Source: Candidatus Magasanikiibacteriota bacterium (GTDB lineage: Bacteria > Patescibacteriota > Patescibacteriia > Magasanikbacterales > GWA2-37-8). From it: 64,000 bases of DNA. The notes beneath the pieces were generated by a model. That model ran no database searches, had not been told where the DNA came from, and worked only from the letters and a program-made list of their open reading frames with translations. The stretch is from positions 2,762 to 66,761 of the forward strand of contig JAHFHX010000004.1 in assembly GCA_023246655.1 (NCBI GenBank), written 5' to 3'. Each line of letters begins with the position of its first letter. The first letter of the stretch is position 1. The position numbers were made by a program, and so were the translations under genes. This document shows, piece by piece, positions 1-9,441 of the stretch.

Positions 1-2
1 AA

Positions 3-839
3 GAAATTTTAAAAAATGGCGTCGCCACCAAAGATGATAAGGTGATTGTGAAAATGGACATGTTTATTGATAAAATCCCGGTGGAGGGTGGGCAGGCAGA
101 TAAACACCAAGTATATTTAAGCGAGCCGCACTATATTCCCGGATTTGCGGAGCAGCTTGTGGGCCTTAAAAAAGATGGTGAGAAAGAATTTACCCTTAAA
201 TTCCCAGCTGACCACTACCAAAAACATATTGCCGGCAAGCAGGTTGATTTTAAAATTAAAGTCAACGATGTATTTGAATTAGAATATCCTACGCTTGATG
301 ATGCGTTCGCCAAAAACTTGGGCCAAGAAAGCCTTGTAAAACTCAAGGAGCTATTGATGGCTAACCTGGGGCGGGAAGCAGAGAAGAAAGAAGATGAGCG
401 TGTTGAAATTGCCATTTTAGAACAAACGATCGAAAAAAGCACCTTTGACGAGATCCCGGATGTATTGATTGATGCTGAAAAACGCAAGATGTTTTATGAA
501 CTCAAGGCGAGTTTGGATCGGCAAGGAATCCCGATGGAAAAATATTTAGCTGATCTTAAAAAGACGCAAGAAGAAATTTTTAAAGATTTTACTGAACAAA
601 GCACTAAACGCGCTAAAGCGGCATTAGTCTCTCGCCAGGTAGCCACCGAACATGCTATTATGGTAGAAAAAGATGAGCTTGAAAAAGAAATTGCTGCCAT
701 TAAACAAGCTTACCCCAACGACAAAACTGTAGAGGAAAATTTGAAGCGCCCGGAAGTAATTGATACAATATCGGCGACTGTACAAAATAAGAAGGTGGTG
801 GGATTGTTAAAAGAGCTGGTATTAGGGGGTGGGGCATAA
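3..839 (+). CDS. tig: Trigger factor (5'-truncated by window edge)
   Basis: FKBP-like IPGFAEQLVGLK..EKEFTLKFPADHY segment followed by the C-terminal chaperone domain; frame is open to the window start. Confidence 0.92.
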   Translation, partial: EILKNGVATKDDKVIVKMDMFIDKIPVEGGQADKHQVYLSEPHYIPGFAEQLVGLKKDGEKEFTLKFPADHYQKHIAGKQVDFKIKVNDVFELEYPTLDDAFAKNLGQESLVKLKELLMANLGREAEKKEDERVEIAILEQTIEKSTFDEIPDVLIDAEKRKMFYELKASLDRQGIPMEKYLADLKKTQEEIFKDFTEQSTKRAKAALVSRQVATEHAIMVEKDELEKEIAAIKQAYPNDKTVEENLKRPEVIDTISATVQNKKVVGLLKELVLGGGA

Positions 840-849
840 AGAGTAAAGT

Positions 850-1692
850 ATGTTCTTCGGCGCTCATGTTTCTATTGCCGGCGGAATTTTCAACGCCCCG
901 CTCAATGCGGCGGCTCTTGGATGTGAGGTGTTCCAAATGTTCACTCGCTCACCCCAAGGCGGGCAGGTGCCGGAATTAACGCCAGAGGTGGTGGCGTTAT
1001 TTAAAACTAACTGTGAACTCACTGGGCAACGGGAATGGTATATTCACTGCCCATATTTTATTAACTTTGCTTCAGCTAACCCACGCATTAAACATGGCTC
1101 CATTTCCGTGGTGCGGCAAGAGTTGGAACGTGGAACGCTTCTTGACGCCAAATATATAATGGCACACCTGGGGAGTTATAAAGATTTGGGAGAAGACAAG
1201 GGCTTTACTCAACTCGTAGACGGTCTCGCGGAGATGTTAAAAGGATACAAAGGCTCGACTCAATTTTTAATTGAGATTTCGGCAGGGGCAGGCGCCGTGA
1301 TTGGTGATACATTTGAAGAGATTAAAAAAATTATATACCACCCCAAATTAAAAAAATATGACATTGGCGTATGCTATGACATTCAACATGGATTCGCGAG
1401 TGGCTATGATGTGCGAACGCCAAAGGCGGTGGCCGCAACATTTGACAAGTTTGACCAATTAATCGGTTTGGAAAAATTAAAAATGTTTCACTGCAACGAT
1501 TCCAAAGTGGAATTTAACTCTCATAAAGATCGCCATGAGCATATTGGCGACGGCCATATTGGTCACGCGGGGTTTGAAGCACTCCTCGCCGAACCGCGCT
1601 TGAAGGATAAAAATTTTGTGCTTGAAACGGAACCTAATCGGGTGCGGGAAGATTTATTACTTCTTAAACAGCTGCGTACTCAGCATACTTAA
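850..1692 (+). CDS. nfo: Endonuclease IV (AP endonuclease 2)
   Basis: GAHVSIAGG, HCPYFINFAS, HCNDSK, KDRHEHIGDG and LETE motifs. Confidence 0.95.
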   Translation: MFFGAHVSIAGGIFNAPLNAAALGCEVFQMFTRSPQGGQVPELTPEVVALFKTNCELTGQREWYIHCPYFINFASANPRIKHGSISVVRQELERGTLLDAKYIMAHLGSYKDLGEDKGFTQLVDGLAEMLKGYKGSTQFLIEISAGAGAVIGDTFEEIKKIIYHPKLKKYDIGVCYDIQHGFASGYDVRTPKAVAATFDKFDQLIGLEKLKMFHCNDSKVEFNSHKDRHEHIGDGHIGHAGFEALLAEPRLKDKNFVLETEPNRVREDLLLLKQLRTQHT

Positions 1693-1694
1693 AT

Positions 1695-2033
1695 ATGCCG
1701 TATCGTGATCTTGAGGGTGAACCTTCTGAGCTAGCACGAAAAAGTCCTGCTATTCTGGAATTAGAACAACATATCGCGGAGCTGGGTACAATTGGCATTC
1801 AAATACCGGAAAATGTTTGGGTTGGTTTTATTATTAACTTTCCTCCTGGTTCTGATAGCAACCCCATACAGTTGCGGGATGTTCGACTTTACTGCGAACA
1901 ATATGGTATTCTTGAACCCTCTACAGCCTATAATGCCACCTTAATTATGTGGTATAGTAATAAACTAAAAAAATGGGTGCTTAAAACAACCAACAAAGGA
2001 AAGGTCTTAGAGGTCAAGAATGAAGGAATTTAA
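1695..2033 (+). CDS. Hypothetical protein
   Basis: 112-aa ORF starting 2 nt after nfo; ends at a palindromic terminator. Confidence 0.6.
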   Translation: MPYRDLEGEPSELARKSPAILELEQHIAELGTIGIQIPENVWVGFIINFPPGSDSNPIQLRDVRLYCEQYGILEPSTAYNATLIMWYSNKLKKWVLKTTNKGKVLEVKNEGI

Positions 2034-2064
2034 AAACCATCCCGACTGAGTCGGGATGGTTTTT
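2032..2064. terminator. Bidirectional terminator-like palindrome, copy 1 of the CATCCCGACTGAGTCGGGATG family
   Basis: AAAAACCATCCCGACTGAGTCGGGATGGTTTTT between convergent genes. Confidence 0.8.
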
Positions 2065-2131
2065 CGTTTCGGCATCCAAATTAGTATCTTAGAATTTTTG
2101 GTAGTTGGCGACGCTCGTGAAAAGCCTCGCC

Positions 2132-2713
2132 TCACAGCGAGGCAGGCGTGAGTTGCAGAGGCGGCGAGAACGGCCGGCGCGGGTCGGGGCAGGATGCGCC
2201 CTCCACCGTGTCGACCATCGCCGGGTCGGGGATGAGCCACCGCATCCAGCCGGTCACTCCTCCCATGGTGACGGGTGCGTCCCCGCTGGGGGACGAGGCC
2301 AGTGGGCGCTTGGGGGCGATGAGGAGGCGACACTTGCCCTCCGCATCGAGCGGGAGAACCCCACGGATCCGGCCGTCCTTGTACAGCCGGACCTCCTTGA
2401 AGACCGGGTTGGGCGGCGGATCAAACCGCCAGTACCCCAAGATCTCCGTACCCTCCCGGACGAGGGCCTTCTCCCCCGCGGCCCTCATGTCGATCTCTTT
2501 CTTCTCCACCTCCTGCTTGGTGAAGGAAAGAAAAGCGACTTTGGGCGCGGCCCCTTCGACAGGGAAGCCAACGATCATCACCCCGAACCAGAAGCGGGGT
2601 GCCGCGTCGGAGGCAGGCGCCGGGATAGCGGGAGGGCGTGGCAGGGCCACGCTGCGCGGTGCAATACAGCCCGCCGCGAGCGTGGTGATAAAAAGCAAAT
2701 GACGAGCGTTCAT
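2132..2713 (-). CDS. GC-rich putative lipoprotein of unknown function
   Basis: Lipobox LAAGC; SD AAAGGAG; paralogous to 2859-3325 (W-x-G-(V/L)-M, P-x-(V/L)-AF, GYWRF-x-PPP, R-x-Y-x-DG). Confidence 0.75.
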   Translation of the reverse strand: MNARHLLFITTLAAGCIAPRSVALPRPPAIPAPASDAAPRFWFGVMIVGFPVEGAAPKVAFLSFTKQEVEKKEIDMRAAGEKALVREGTEILGYWRFDPPPNPVFKEVRLYKDGRIRGVLPLDAEGKCRLLIAPKRPLASSPSGDAPVTMGGVTGWMRWLIPDPAMVDTVEGASCPDPRRPFSPPLQLTPASL

Positions 2714-2774
2714 GGGGTGCTCCTTTGCGCTCTATTAAATGGCGAGCGCCAACCACCGAAAATTCTAAATTGTA

Positions 2775-2787
2775 TTTTCAAAGAACA
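2775..2787 (-). promoter_or_regulatory. BoxA-like antitermination element in the lipoprotein gene leader
   Basis: Minus strand reads TGTTCTTTGAAAA, matching the Firmicutes-type rrn boxA GTTCTTTGAAAA. Confidence 0.5.
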
Positions 2788-2858
2788 GAATAATTTACTT
2801 AGTGCCTCTGGCAGGCGGCGGTGCTGTGGGAACGCCACGGACAGAGCGATTGATACTA

Positions 2859-3325
2859 CTACTGCGTCGGGCAGTCAAGCCCGACAAGGCCCTCGACCGT
2901 CGGGAGAAAAACGGCGCGCATCAAGCGGCCGCTCAATCCGCCGGCCGCAATGCGCAGCGGCTTCCCGTGCCGAAGGGCGGTTTGTAGCAGAAACAGCACC
3001 TGGCAGCGGTGCCTTTTGCCCCACACGGCCAGGTAGATGTTTCCGTCCGGGTAAACCCGGAACTCCTGCTCCAGAAGCGGGGGTGGCGGAAAGAACCGCC
3101 AGTACCCATCCTTGCCCTCGCCGGCCTGGACGACGACGACTTTCTCCCCCCGGATGGGAGCCGTTCCCCCGTTGCGCCGAAGATGAAGGCGAGGCGAGGC
3201 GCCTGCCCAGGCGCCACGTCTTCCACCACCATCAGCCCATACCAGCGGCTGGGCTCCATCTTGATGGTGGGGGCGGTGGCGCAACCGCCCAAGATGAGCG
3301 CCAACAAAACGAGGATCCTGCTCAT
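2859..3325 (-). pseudogene. Paralogous GC-rich lipoprotein, frameshifted at a G6 run (3146-3151)
   Basis: N-part MSRILVLLALILGGC...ERLPSG (lipobox, SD AAAGGAGG) and C-part GEKVVVV...GYWRFFPPP lie in different frames; both align with 2132-2713. Confidence 0.7.
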
Positions 3326-3453
3326 ATCGGCCTCCTTTGCGCTCACCACGAGCGCCGGCCACCAGAGGTTCTAAATAGTGGGGTTGTATTGTATAATTGA
3401 CTTGACCCCTACATTACCACACTACCTTACCCTTGAATTTTGTCAAATTTTCT

Positions 3454-3681
3454 ATGCACCTGGCAGTTCATGTTATCCCTCGCTCCTCTAAAAATAAAAT
3501 TATCCCAACTGAACCGGGAACAGATATTTTGAAAGTAAAATTAACTGCTCCGCCAGTGGATGGAAAAGCAAATGAAGCTTTACTTAAACTACTCAGCCAG
3601 CACTTTAGGGTGGCGAAAAATAAACTGAGGATTATACAAGGAGAAAAAGGAAGAAAAAAGATAGTAGAGATAAACATCTAA
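3454..3681 (+). CDS. DUF167 / YggU-family protein
   Basis: VIPRSSKNKI...LKVKLTAPPVDGKANEALLKLL...GEKGRKK motif. Confidence 0.9.
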   Translation: MHLAVHVIPRSSKNKIIPTEPGTDILKVKLTAPPVDGKANEALLKLLSQHFRVAKNKLRIIQGEKGRKKIVEINI

Positions 3682-3684
3682 TGT

Positions 3685-3951
3685 ATGCGAAAACTGATCT
3701 TTTTTGTTTTATATTTGCCTAAAAACGCACTTTTGTTATTAATAAAACTATATCAAAAAACCCTTTCTCCTGATCATGGTTTTTTAAAATCCCGCTTTCC
3801 CTATGGTTATTGCCGTTTCTATCCAACTTGCAGTGAATATACTCTCCAAGTTATACAAAAAAGAGGGTTAATGATTGGCCTTATGAGCGCTGTTTGGAGG
3901 GTATTGCGATGTAATCCGTGGAGTAAAGGGGGGGTTGACTTACCAAGGTAA
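3685..3951 (+). CDS. yidD: Membrane protein insertion efficiency factor YidD
   Basis: YQKTLSP...CRFYPTCSEY...RVLRCNPWSKGGVD. Confidence 0.95.
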   Translation: MRKLIFFVLYLPKNALLLLIKLYQKTLSPDHGFLKSRFPYGYCRFYPTCSEYTLQVIQKRGLMIGLMSAVWRVLRCNPWSKGGVDLPR

Positions 3952-4022
3952 GTATAAAACAAGGAAAGGAGTGGAAGTTGCCGAGAATGGCTTTCTAAAA
4001 TTTTCAAAGATATTAAAAAATA

Positions 4023-4418
4023 TTATCTTTGGAGGCTGCCTGATTTAAAAAGTAATAATTTCATTTCTTCTCTAATCTCAGAGTAATTTTTTTCCAAAAT
4101 GGGTTTTTTGGCAACAAAAAGCAGGTAGTAGCCGTTTTGGAGCTGGTGGTCCTTAATAAGGAGACGAACAACTTCTCGCATTTGGCGCCTGACGCGGTTG
4201 CGTTTGACAGCGCTTTTAGAAATTTTGACCCCAACTGTAAAAACTAATTTGAGCTGTTTTTTAAACTTTTCTGGATCCTCTTTTTTGGGAAAATAATTTT
4301 GAATTGTGCCTAATCTCAGCCATTTTAAATCACAAAATGAGCCATTAACCCAGCGGCCATATTTTATGATGAGGTTAAAATCACGAACTTTGGCGAGGCG
4401 ATTAATTGACTGTAACAT
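4023..4418 (-). CDS. rnpA: Ribonuclease P protein component
   Basis: KISKSAVKRNRVRRQMRE (RNR motif); adjacent to rpmH. Confidence 0.93.
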   Translation of the reverse strand: MLQSINRLAKVRDFNLIIKYGRWVNGSFCDLKWLRLGTIQNYFPKKEDPEKFKKQLKLVFTVGVKISKSAVKRNRVRRQMREVVRLLIKDHQLQNGYYLLFVAKKPILEKNYSEIREEMKLLLFKSGSLQR

Positions 4419-4542
4419 ATGCGAAAAATGCATAACGTGGAACGTTTTGACAGGTTGCGCACTCCACGTTATGCGAGATATCTTACACTAAACAAAAACC
4501 ACCCGCAAATTAACGAGTGGTATCTGTAAATCTAAATAACAA

Positions 4543-4719
4543 CTAACTCTTAAATCTCCGCAACTTGCCGGTAATCTCATCGGACACGGTGAGTTTTTTT
4601 CGCTGCTTGGCACGACGACGACTAAGAACCTCGCGGCCTTGTTTGGTCTTCATGCGTGCTCTGAAACCATGAGTTTTGGCACGTTTACGTTTTTTTGGTT
4701 GGTAAGTGCGCTTAGGCAT
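4543..4719 (-). CDS. rpmH: 50S ribosomal protein L34 with a short C-terminal extension
   Basis: [43 protein letters not shown]. Confidence 0.97.
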   Translation of the reverse strand: MPKRTYQPKKRKRAKTHGFRARMKTKQGREVLSRRRAKQRKKLTVSDEITGKLRRFKS

Positions 4720-4774
4720 AATGAAGTTATTGGTTATTGATAAATAATAAAGTATTGGAGAAAAAAAGTCAAGC

Positions 4775-4805
4775 TTTTCCACACCTTGTCCACACCTTGT
4801 CCACG
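4775..4805. promoter_or_regulatory. DnaA-box cluster upstream of dnaA (oriC part 1)
   Basis: TTTTCCACA, TTGTCCACA, TTGTCCACG in tandem. Confidence 0.75.
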
Positions 4806-4894
4806 TGTTCTTACTCATTGTTCATTTGTCTCTCACACGAACTGTGTTACAATGGATCAGGTTTACTTTCTTCTAACTGGGCTCATTTTAGGAT

Positions 4895-6277
4895 ATGACA
4901 AACGGCGAAATTTGGCAGGCGGTTCTGGGAGAATTAGAGCTTACTATTTCCAAAGCTAATTTTGTGACTTGGTTTAAAAACACCGGCGTTGTTTCATACC
5001 AAGACGGACATGTTTTATTGTGTGTCCCCAATACCTTCACTAAGGCCTGGCTTGAAAAAAAATACCACCACCTTATTATTAAATCACTCGAGAGAATCAC
5101 CGGAAAACCGCTGCGTCGCTTGGAATATAAAATTGATAATATTAAAAACGTTGTCGAACAACCCCCAGCCCTGGCAACAACCTCTTCTCCTACACGTTCG
5201 CTAGAAACTTCATTTGTTTCTCGCCCCCCAACTAACGATCATGGTGGTTTTTCTCTTAACCCTAAGTATACCTTTGAGAGTTTTGTAGTTGGTAAAAGTA
5301 GTGAGCTGGCTTATGCAGCGGCCCAAGCGGTGGTAACGCGCCCTGGGGTAGCTTATAATCCGCTCTTTATTTATGGTGGAGTTGGCCTTGGTAAAACGCA
5401 TCTTATTCAAGCGGTGGGAAATGAACTCCGCCGCAACAACCCACAACTGACTGTTGTGTATGTGAGTGCCGAAAAGTTTTCTAATGATTTCATTACTTCC
5501 ATTAAAGAAAAGACGACCAAGGATTTCCTCGCTCGCTATCGTACTACCGATCTGCTCCTGATTGATGATATCCAGTTCATCGCAGGCAAAGAAGGAACAC
5601 AAGAGTCGTTTTTTCACACTTTCAACGAATTGCACCAACAAAATAAACAAGTAATCTTAACTTCAGATCGTCCACCAAAAGCTATTCCGGCCTTGGAAGA
5701 TCGACTGAAATCTCGTTTTGAGTGGGGCATGATTGCTGATGTTTCGACACCTGATTTTGAAACTCGAGTAGCCATTCTAGAGCGCAAGTGTTTGGAAAAA
5801 AACTTTCCTTTACCTATTAAAACCCTTCAATTTATCGCCAGCAATTTTCAAAGCAATATTCGTGAGTTGGAGGGGGCGCTCAATAAAATTATCGTATTTC
5901 ACCAGCTCAAAAATTGTGTTCCCACCCTAGAAACAATTAAAGAGGTTTTGATTTCCGCCAGCACCGTTTCAGCTCGTCAGTCACTTACTCCGCGTCAGCT
6001 TCTAGAGGTGGTTGGTCAATTTTATTCTTTAACAACTGATGATATTTTGAGTAAAAATAGAGAAAAAAAAATCTCTCTCCCGCGACAAATTATTATGTTT
6101 TTAATGCGCGAGGAGCTTAAAATGTCCTACCCCGCGATTGGTGATGAGTTGGGGGGTCGGGATCACACCACAGCCATGCATGCTCATGAAAAAATTGTTC
6201 GTGAACTTAACCAGGATCTTAAACTAAAACAAGATGTTGATTTATTAAAACAACGCTTGTATGTTAACAATGTATAA
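4895..6277 (+). CDS. dnaA: Chromosomal replication initiator DnaA
   Basis: YNPLFIYGGVGLGKTHL, LLIDDIQF, RELEGAL, GGRDHTT. Confidence 0.99.
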   Translation: MTNGEIWQAVLGELELTISKANFVTWFKNTGVVSYQDGHVLLCVPNTFTKAWLEKKYHHLIIKSLERITGKPLRRLEYKIDNIKNVVEQPPALATTSSPTRSLETSFVSRPPTNDHGGFSLNPKYTFESFVVGKSSELAYAAAQAVVTRPGVAYNPLFIYGGVGLGKTHLIQAVGNELRRNNPQLTVVYVSAEKFSNDFITSIKEKTTKDFLARYRTTDLLLIDDIQFIAGKEGTQESFFHTFNELHQQNKQVILTSDRPPKAIPALEDRLKSRFEWGMIADVSTPDFETRVAILERKCLEKNFPLPIKTLQFIASNFQSNIRELEGALNKIIVFHQLKNCVPTLETIKEVLISASTVSARQSLTPRQLLEVVGQFYSLTTDDILSKNREKKISLPRQIIMFLMREELKMSYPAIGDELGGRDHTTAMHAHEKIVRELNQDLKLKQDVDLLKQRLYVNNV

Positions 6278-6539
6278 ATTTAGATGGACAACTAGTGGAC
6301 AATCTGTTAGTAATTCAATCTTTTCCTCCTCACCCACCCCACATATTATTCCCAAATCAATTTTCTTTTCCACTCTCAATTTTTACCCCTTTCCCATGTC
6401 CACCGTTTTTCCTCTTTTGGCCGTTTTTTCCCCCACCGTTTTTCCACAACAGTTTCCTTTGTATTTTCTTGGTCTCCTTGACTTTTCCACACTTTCCACA
6501 GGCCTTATTATCATTATTAATTATATATATACTTAAACT
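6278..6539. other. Replication origin oriC (dnaA-dnaN intergenic)
   Basis: Several TTTCCACA boxes ending TTTTCCACACTTTCCACA-GGCC-TTATTATCATTATT (boxes, GC tract, DnaA-trio-like run), then AT-rich TATATATA. Confidence 0.85.
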
Positions 6540-7664
6540 ATGAACTTTACGTGCACCAAAGAAAACGCTGTGCGCGCCCTTGCCCTCATGAGTGGGGTAA
6601 CTGGAAAAAGTGTTAACCTACCCATTTTGAGTAATGTGCTTATTCGAGCTGATGAACAGAAGGTCGATTTTATTGCTACCAACCTTGAGGTAGCCCTCAC
6701 AGTAACGATTAGAGCTAAGATTGAGGCGCCGGGGGCCTTTACTGTTCCCGCCAGAACGCTCGTAGAGTGTGTTGGTTTGGCGCCAACCGAAAAAATTGTT
6801 TTTGTAGTTCATGATAACGAGTTGGTGGTTACAGCCGGCAAAGCCGTTACCAAAATTAAAGGAACTGGTGCCGAAGATTTTCCTGTTATTCCGACCTTGG
6901 AAACCGGTTCCGGATTTGTGCTCGAGGCCGCCGCGCTTCGAGAAGGGCTTAATCAGGTTTTACCCGCTGTTGCTAAAAGTGACATTCGACCAGAGCTATC
7001 GGGGGTACTTTTAGAGTTAGATGGAGAAAAGCACTTGGCGACCTTAGCTGCCACCGATAGCTATCGGCTGGCTGAGAGAAAATTTTCGCTACAGCAGGGC
7101 AGCACCCATATACGAGTGGTCGTGCCCGGAAGAACTGCCCAAGAGATCGAACATGTGCTTTCTCCTATTTCTGATGGCACCGAGGAAAACGTACGAGTTT
7201 TGGTGGGTGATAATCAGCTAGCCTTAACTTTTCAGAACATCCAACTCGTTTCGCGTTTAGTGAGTGGAGAATATCCTGACTATACTCAAATTATTCCTAC
7301 TGCTTTTACTACCACTGTTGAAATTTCTACTGATGCACTTGTTAAAGAGCTTAAGGCGGCTGGTTTATTTACGACAAGTGGAGTTAACGCGGCGACACTT
7401 ACTGTTGAGCCAGAGTCCGGTGCGTTAAAAATTTTTTCAGCATCACTACAAACTGGTGAATATGCCTCTGAGCTCCCCGTTAAAATTACTGGTGTGCAAA
7501 CTACCACTGTATTAAATTATCGATATGTTCTTGAGGGGCTAGCACGGATGGGTGCACAGACAGTAGTAATGAAATTAATTAATAGTGACAGCCCCTGTAT
7601 ATTTACACCGGCCGGAGAAAATAAAGAAGCATTTATATATATCGTGATGCCAATTCGTCAATAA
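6540..7664 (+). CDS. dnaN: DNA polymerase III beta clamp
   Basis: LPILSNVLI, ATNLE, ATDSYRLA, YPDY, YIVMPIR. Confidence 0.98.
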   Translation: MNFTCTKENAVRALALMSGVTGKSVNLPILSNVLIRADEQKVDFIATNLEVALTVTIRAKIEAPGAFTVPARTLVECVGLAPTEKIVFVVHDNELVVTAGKAVTKIKGTGAEDFPVIPTLETGSGFVLEAAALREGLNQVLPAVAKSDIRPELSGVLLELDGEKHLATLAATDSYRLAERKFSLQQGSTHIRVVVPGRTAQEIEHVLSPISDGTEENVRVLVGDNQLALTFQNIQLVSRLVSGEYPDYTQIIPTAFTTTVEISTDALVKELKAAGLFTTSGVNAATLTVEPESGALKIFSASLQTGEYASELPVKITGVQTTTVLNYRYVLEGLARMGAQTVVMKLINSDSPCIFTPAGENKEAFIYIVMPIRQ

Positions 7665-7761
7665 GAGATATTTTGGCACCAGAGGAATTTTGGTGCAAAG
7701 ATAACAAGATACGCAAAATGTGTTATACTAGAGGAAGTTTGAATTCTAATTTTTTAAAGAT

Positions 7762-9360
7762 ATGAAACAACAAATTTTTTTACGGACACTTTTGGTGTTG
7801 GGAGTTGGTATTTTAATTTTCAGACCAATAGCGCCAGCTCAGGCGTTTTGGCTGGGAGTGCCAAGTCATATCCAGTCTTTGTGGCAGCAGGTGAAAGCAG
7901 AGGAGGGTGGACAGGTATCGCCTCCGCCGGCTGGTGGTGGGCAGCAAATGCCGCCTCCATCTGGAGGTGTACCGGGACAAGCACCTGGTGGCCAAATGCC
8001 ATTGCCCCCAGGTAATATGCCGGGAGGGCAGTCGCTGGGAGTTCCGAGCATGCCCCCGCCACCAGGCGGAATGCCCGGAAAGTTGCCGGGTGGTAAAATG
8101 GGGCCTCTCCCAAATGGAATGATGGGGGAACAGAGAGGGCAACTAGAGGGGATACGCCGAGGTGGTTTTGAGATGGAACGAAATCTTGGGAAGTTTGAGC
8201 GCATGATGCAAGAAGAACAACAAAACGGGAAACCACCATCAGCTGAAATGCAGAGTCGCATGAATCGTGCGCACGGTACAGTGGAACAGGTAAAAGGGGC
8301 AACATCACTTGATGATTTTAAAAATACTGAAATGAACCAGCTGGGGGATGATATGCAAGCGATGGAACAAGAACGGCGTGAACGCCAGATGCAAGAACAA
8401 CAATTGAAAATGTTGCAGCGCGGAATAAAGGGGATAGAGCAGGGTGTGACAGGGTTTGAACGCCAGCTTACTCGGCTTACCAAACAAGGGCTTACACTCC
8501 CTGGTGACGTGAGCGAAAAGTTGAGTAAAGCTAAAGAAATAATTGGCGCTGTAAAAAATGCTAAAACCTTTGAAGAGGCTCAAAATGCTGGCATGGAAGA
8601 CTTGCAGGATATAATGCAAGATTTAAATGATAGCCGTCAGCAACTCGAGATGCTCGCTCGTTGGCCACAGACACTAAAACAAATTGATCGGCAACTTGCT
8701 CAACTCCAGCGTGAACTTAAACAAAGCAAGGCGATTGTAGAAAGGTTAAAGAAAAAGGAAATTGATTTAAGCAGCACGTATAATGCCTTTGCGGAGGCGG
8801 TAGCCAAACTAAAAGGTGTCCGTGATGAAGCAGATATAAAAGCCAAGGCCGGCGACATGGAAGCTGCAATGGAGTTATTGCAGGAGGATTTTTTTGGACA
8901 GCTTGACGATATTCGTCAGAATGAACAGGTGATTATTACCATGAGCAACTTGGGTCGATTTATGAGCGATTTTAAACGCTCACTCTCCGAGGCCGAGCGT
9001 CAAGTGCGCCAGGCCGAGCGCAAGAAACTTGATACCACTGAGCTCAGGGATTTATTAAGCCAGGCACAGGCCAAAGGAGCAGAAATAAAAGCAATGCTCC
9101 AAGGCGGTGGTGAAATTGATGAGGAGGAAATAATGAGTACACTTCATGAGCTCGAAGACATTAAGCAACAGTTTCAAGAAAAAGCCCAGGATTTATTAGG
9201 TACTGGTCAAGATCAACTACAACAATTTCAGGGTGGTGGACAGCAGTTTCAAGAGCTTCGCGTATCACCCGATGTGCGCCAGTTACTTGGTAATCGACGG
9301 ACGGATCAACGTGGTAACACGGAAGAATCAGGGCCGGCCGCACTGCCGGACAGGCAATAA
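7762..9360 (+). CDS. Secreted protein with Gly/Pro/Met-rich repeats and a long coiled coil
   Basis: Signal peptide (AQA-F), PPPxGG(Q/M)MP repeats, Q/E/K-rich heptads. Confidence 0.8.
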   Translation: MKQQIFLRTLLVLGVGILIFRPIAPAQAFWLGVPSHIQSLWQQVKAEEGGQVSPPPAGGGQQMPPPSGGVPGQAPGGQMPLPPGNMPGGQSLGVPSMPPPPGGMPGKLPGGKMGPLPNGMMGEQRGQLEGIRRGGFEMERNLGKFERMMQEEQQNGKPPSAEMQSRMNRAHGTVEQVKGATSLDDFKNTEMNQLGDDMQAMEQERRERQMQEQQLKMLQRGIKGIEQGVTGFERQLTRLTKQGLTLPGDVSEKLSKAKEIIGAVKNAKTFEEAQNAGMEDLQDIMQDLNDSRQQLEMLARWPQTLKQIDRQLAQLQRELKQSKAIVERLKKKEIDLSSTYNAFAEAVAKLKGVRDEADIKAKAGDMEAAMELLQEDFFGQLDDIRQNEQVIITMSNLGRFMSDFKRSLSEAERQVRQAERKKLDTTELRDLLSQAQAKGAEIKAMLQGGGEIDEEEIMSTLHELEDIKQQFQEKAQDLLGTGQDQLQQFQGGGQQFQELRVSPDVRQLLGNRRTDQRGNTEESGPAALPDRQ

Positions 9361-9379
9361 GCGGATTCAACGTTACTAC

Positions 9380-9412
9380 TAAAAAAAGCGTCCCATTCAC
9401 GGACGCTTTTTT
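9380..9412. terminator. Bidirectional intrinsic terminator
   Basis: AAAAAAAGCGTCC-CATTCAC-GGACGCTTTTTT between convergent genes. Confidence 0.85.
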
Positions 9413-9441
9413 ATAATAATATTTTTGTTTGGTGTGGTAGA

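Noticed and set aside
2105-3400. 431-aa + strand ORF
   Set aside because: Antisense shadow of two GC-rich minus-strand lipoprotein genes that have SD sites, lipoboxes and mutual homology.
6261-6543. Two Phe/Pro-rich ORFs between dnaA and dnaN
   Set aside because: Translations of pyrimidine-rich oriC DNA.
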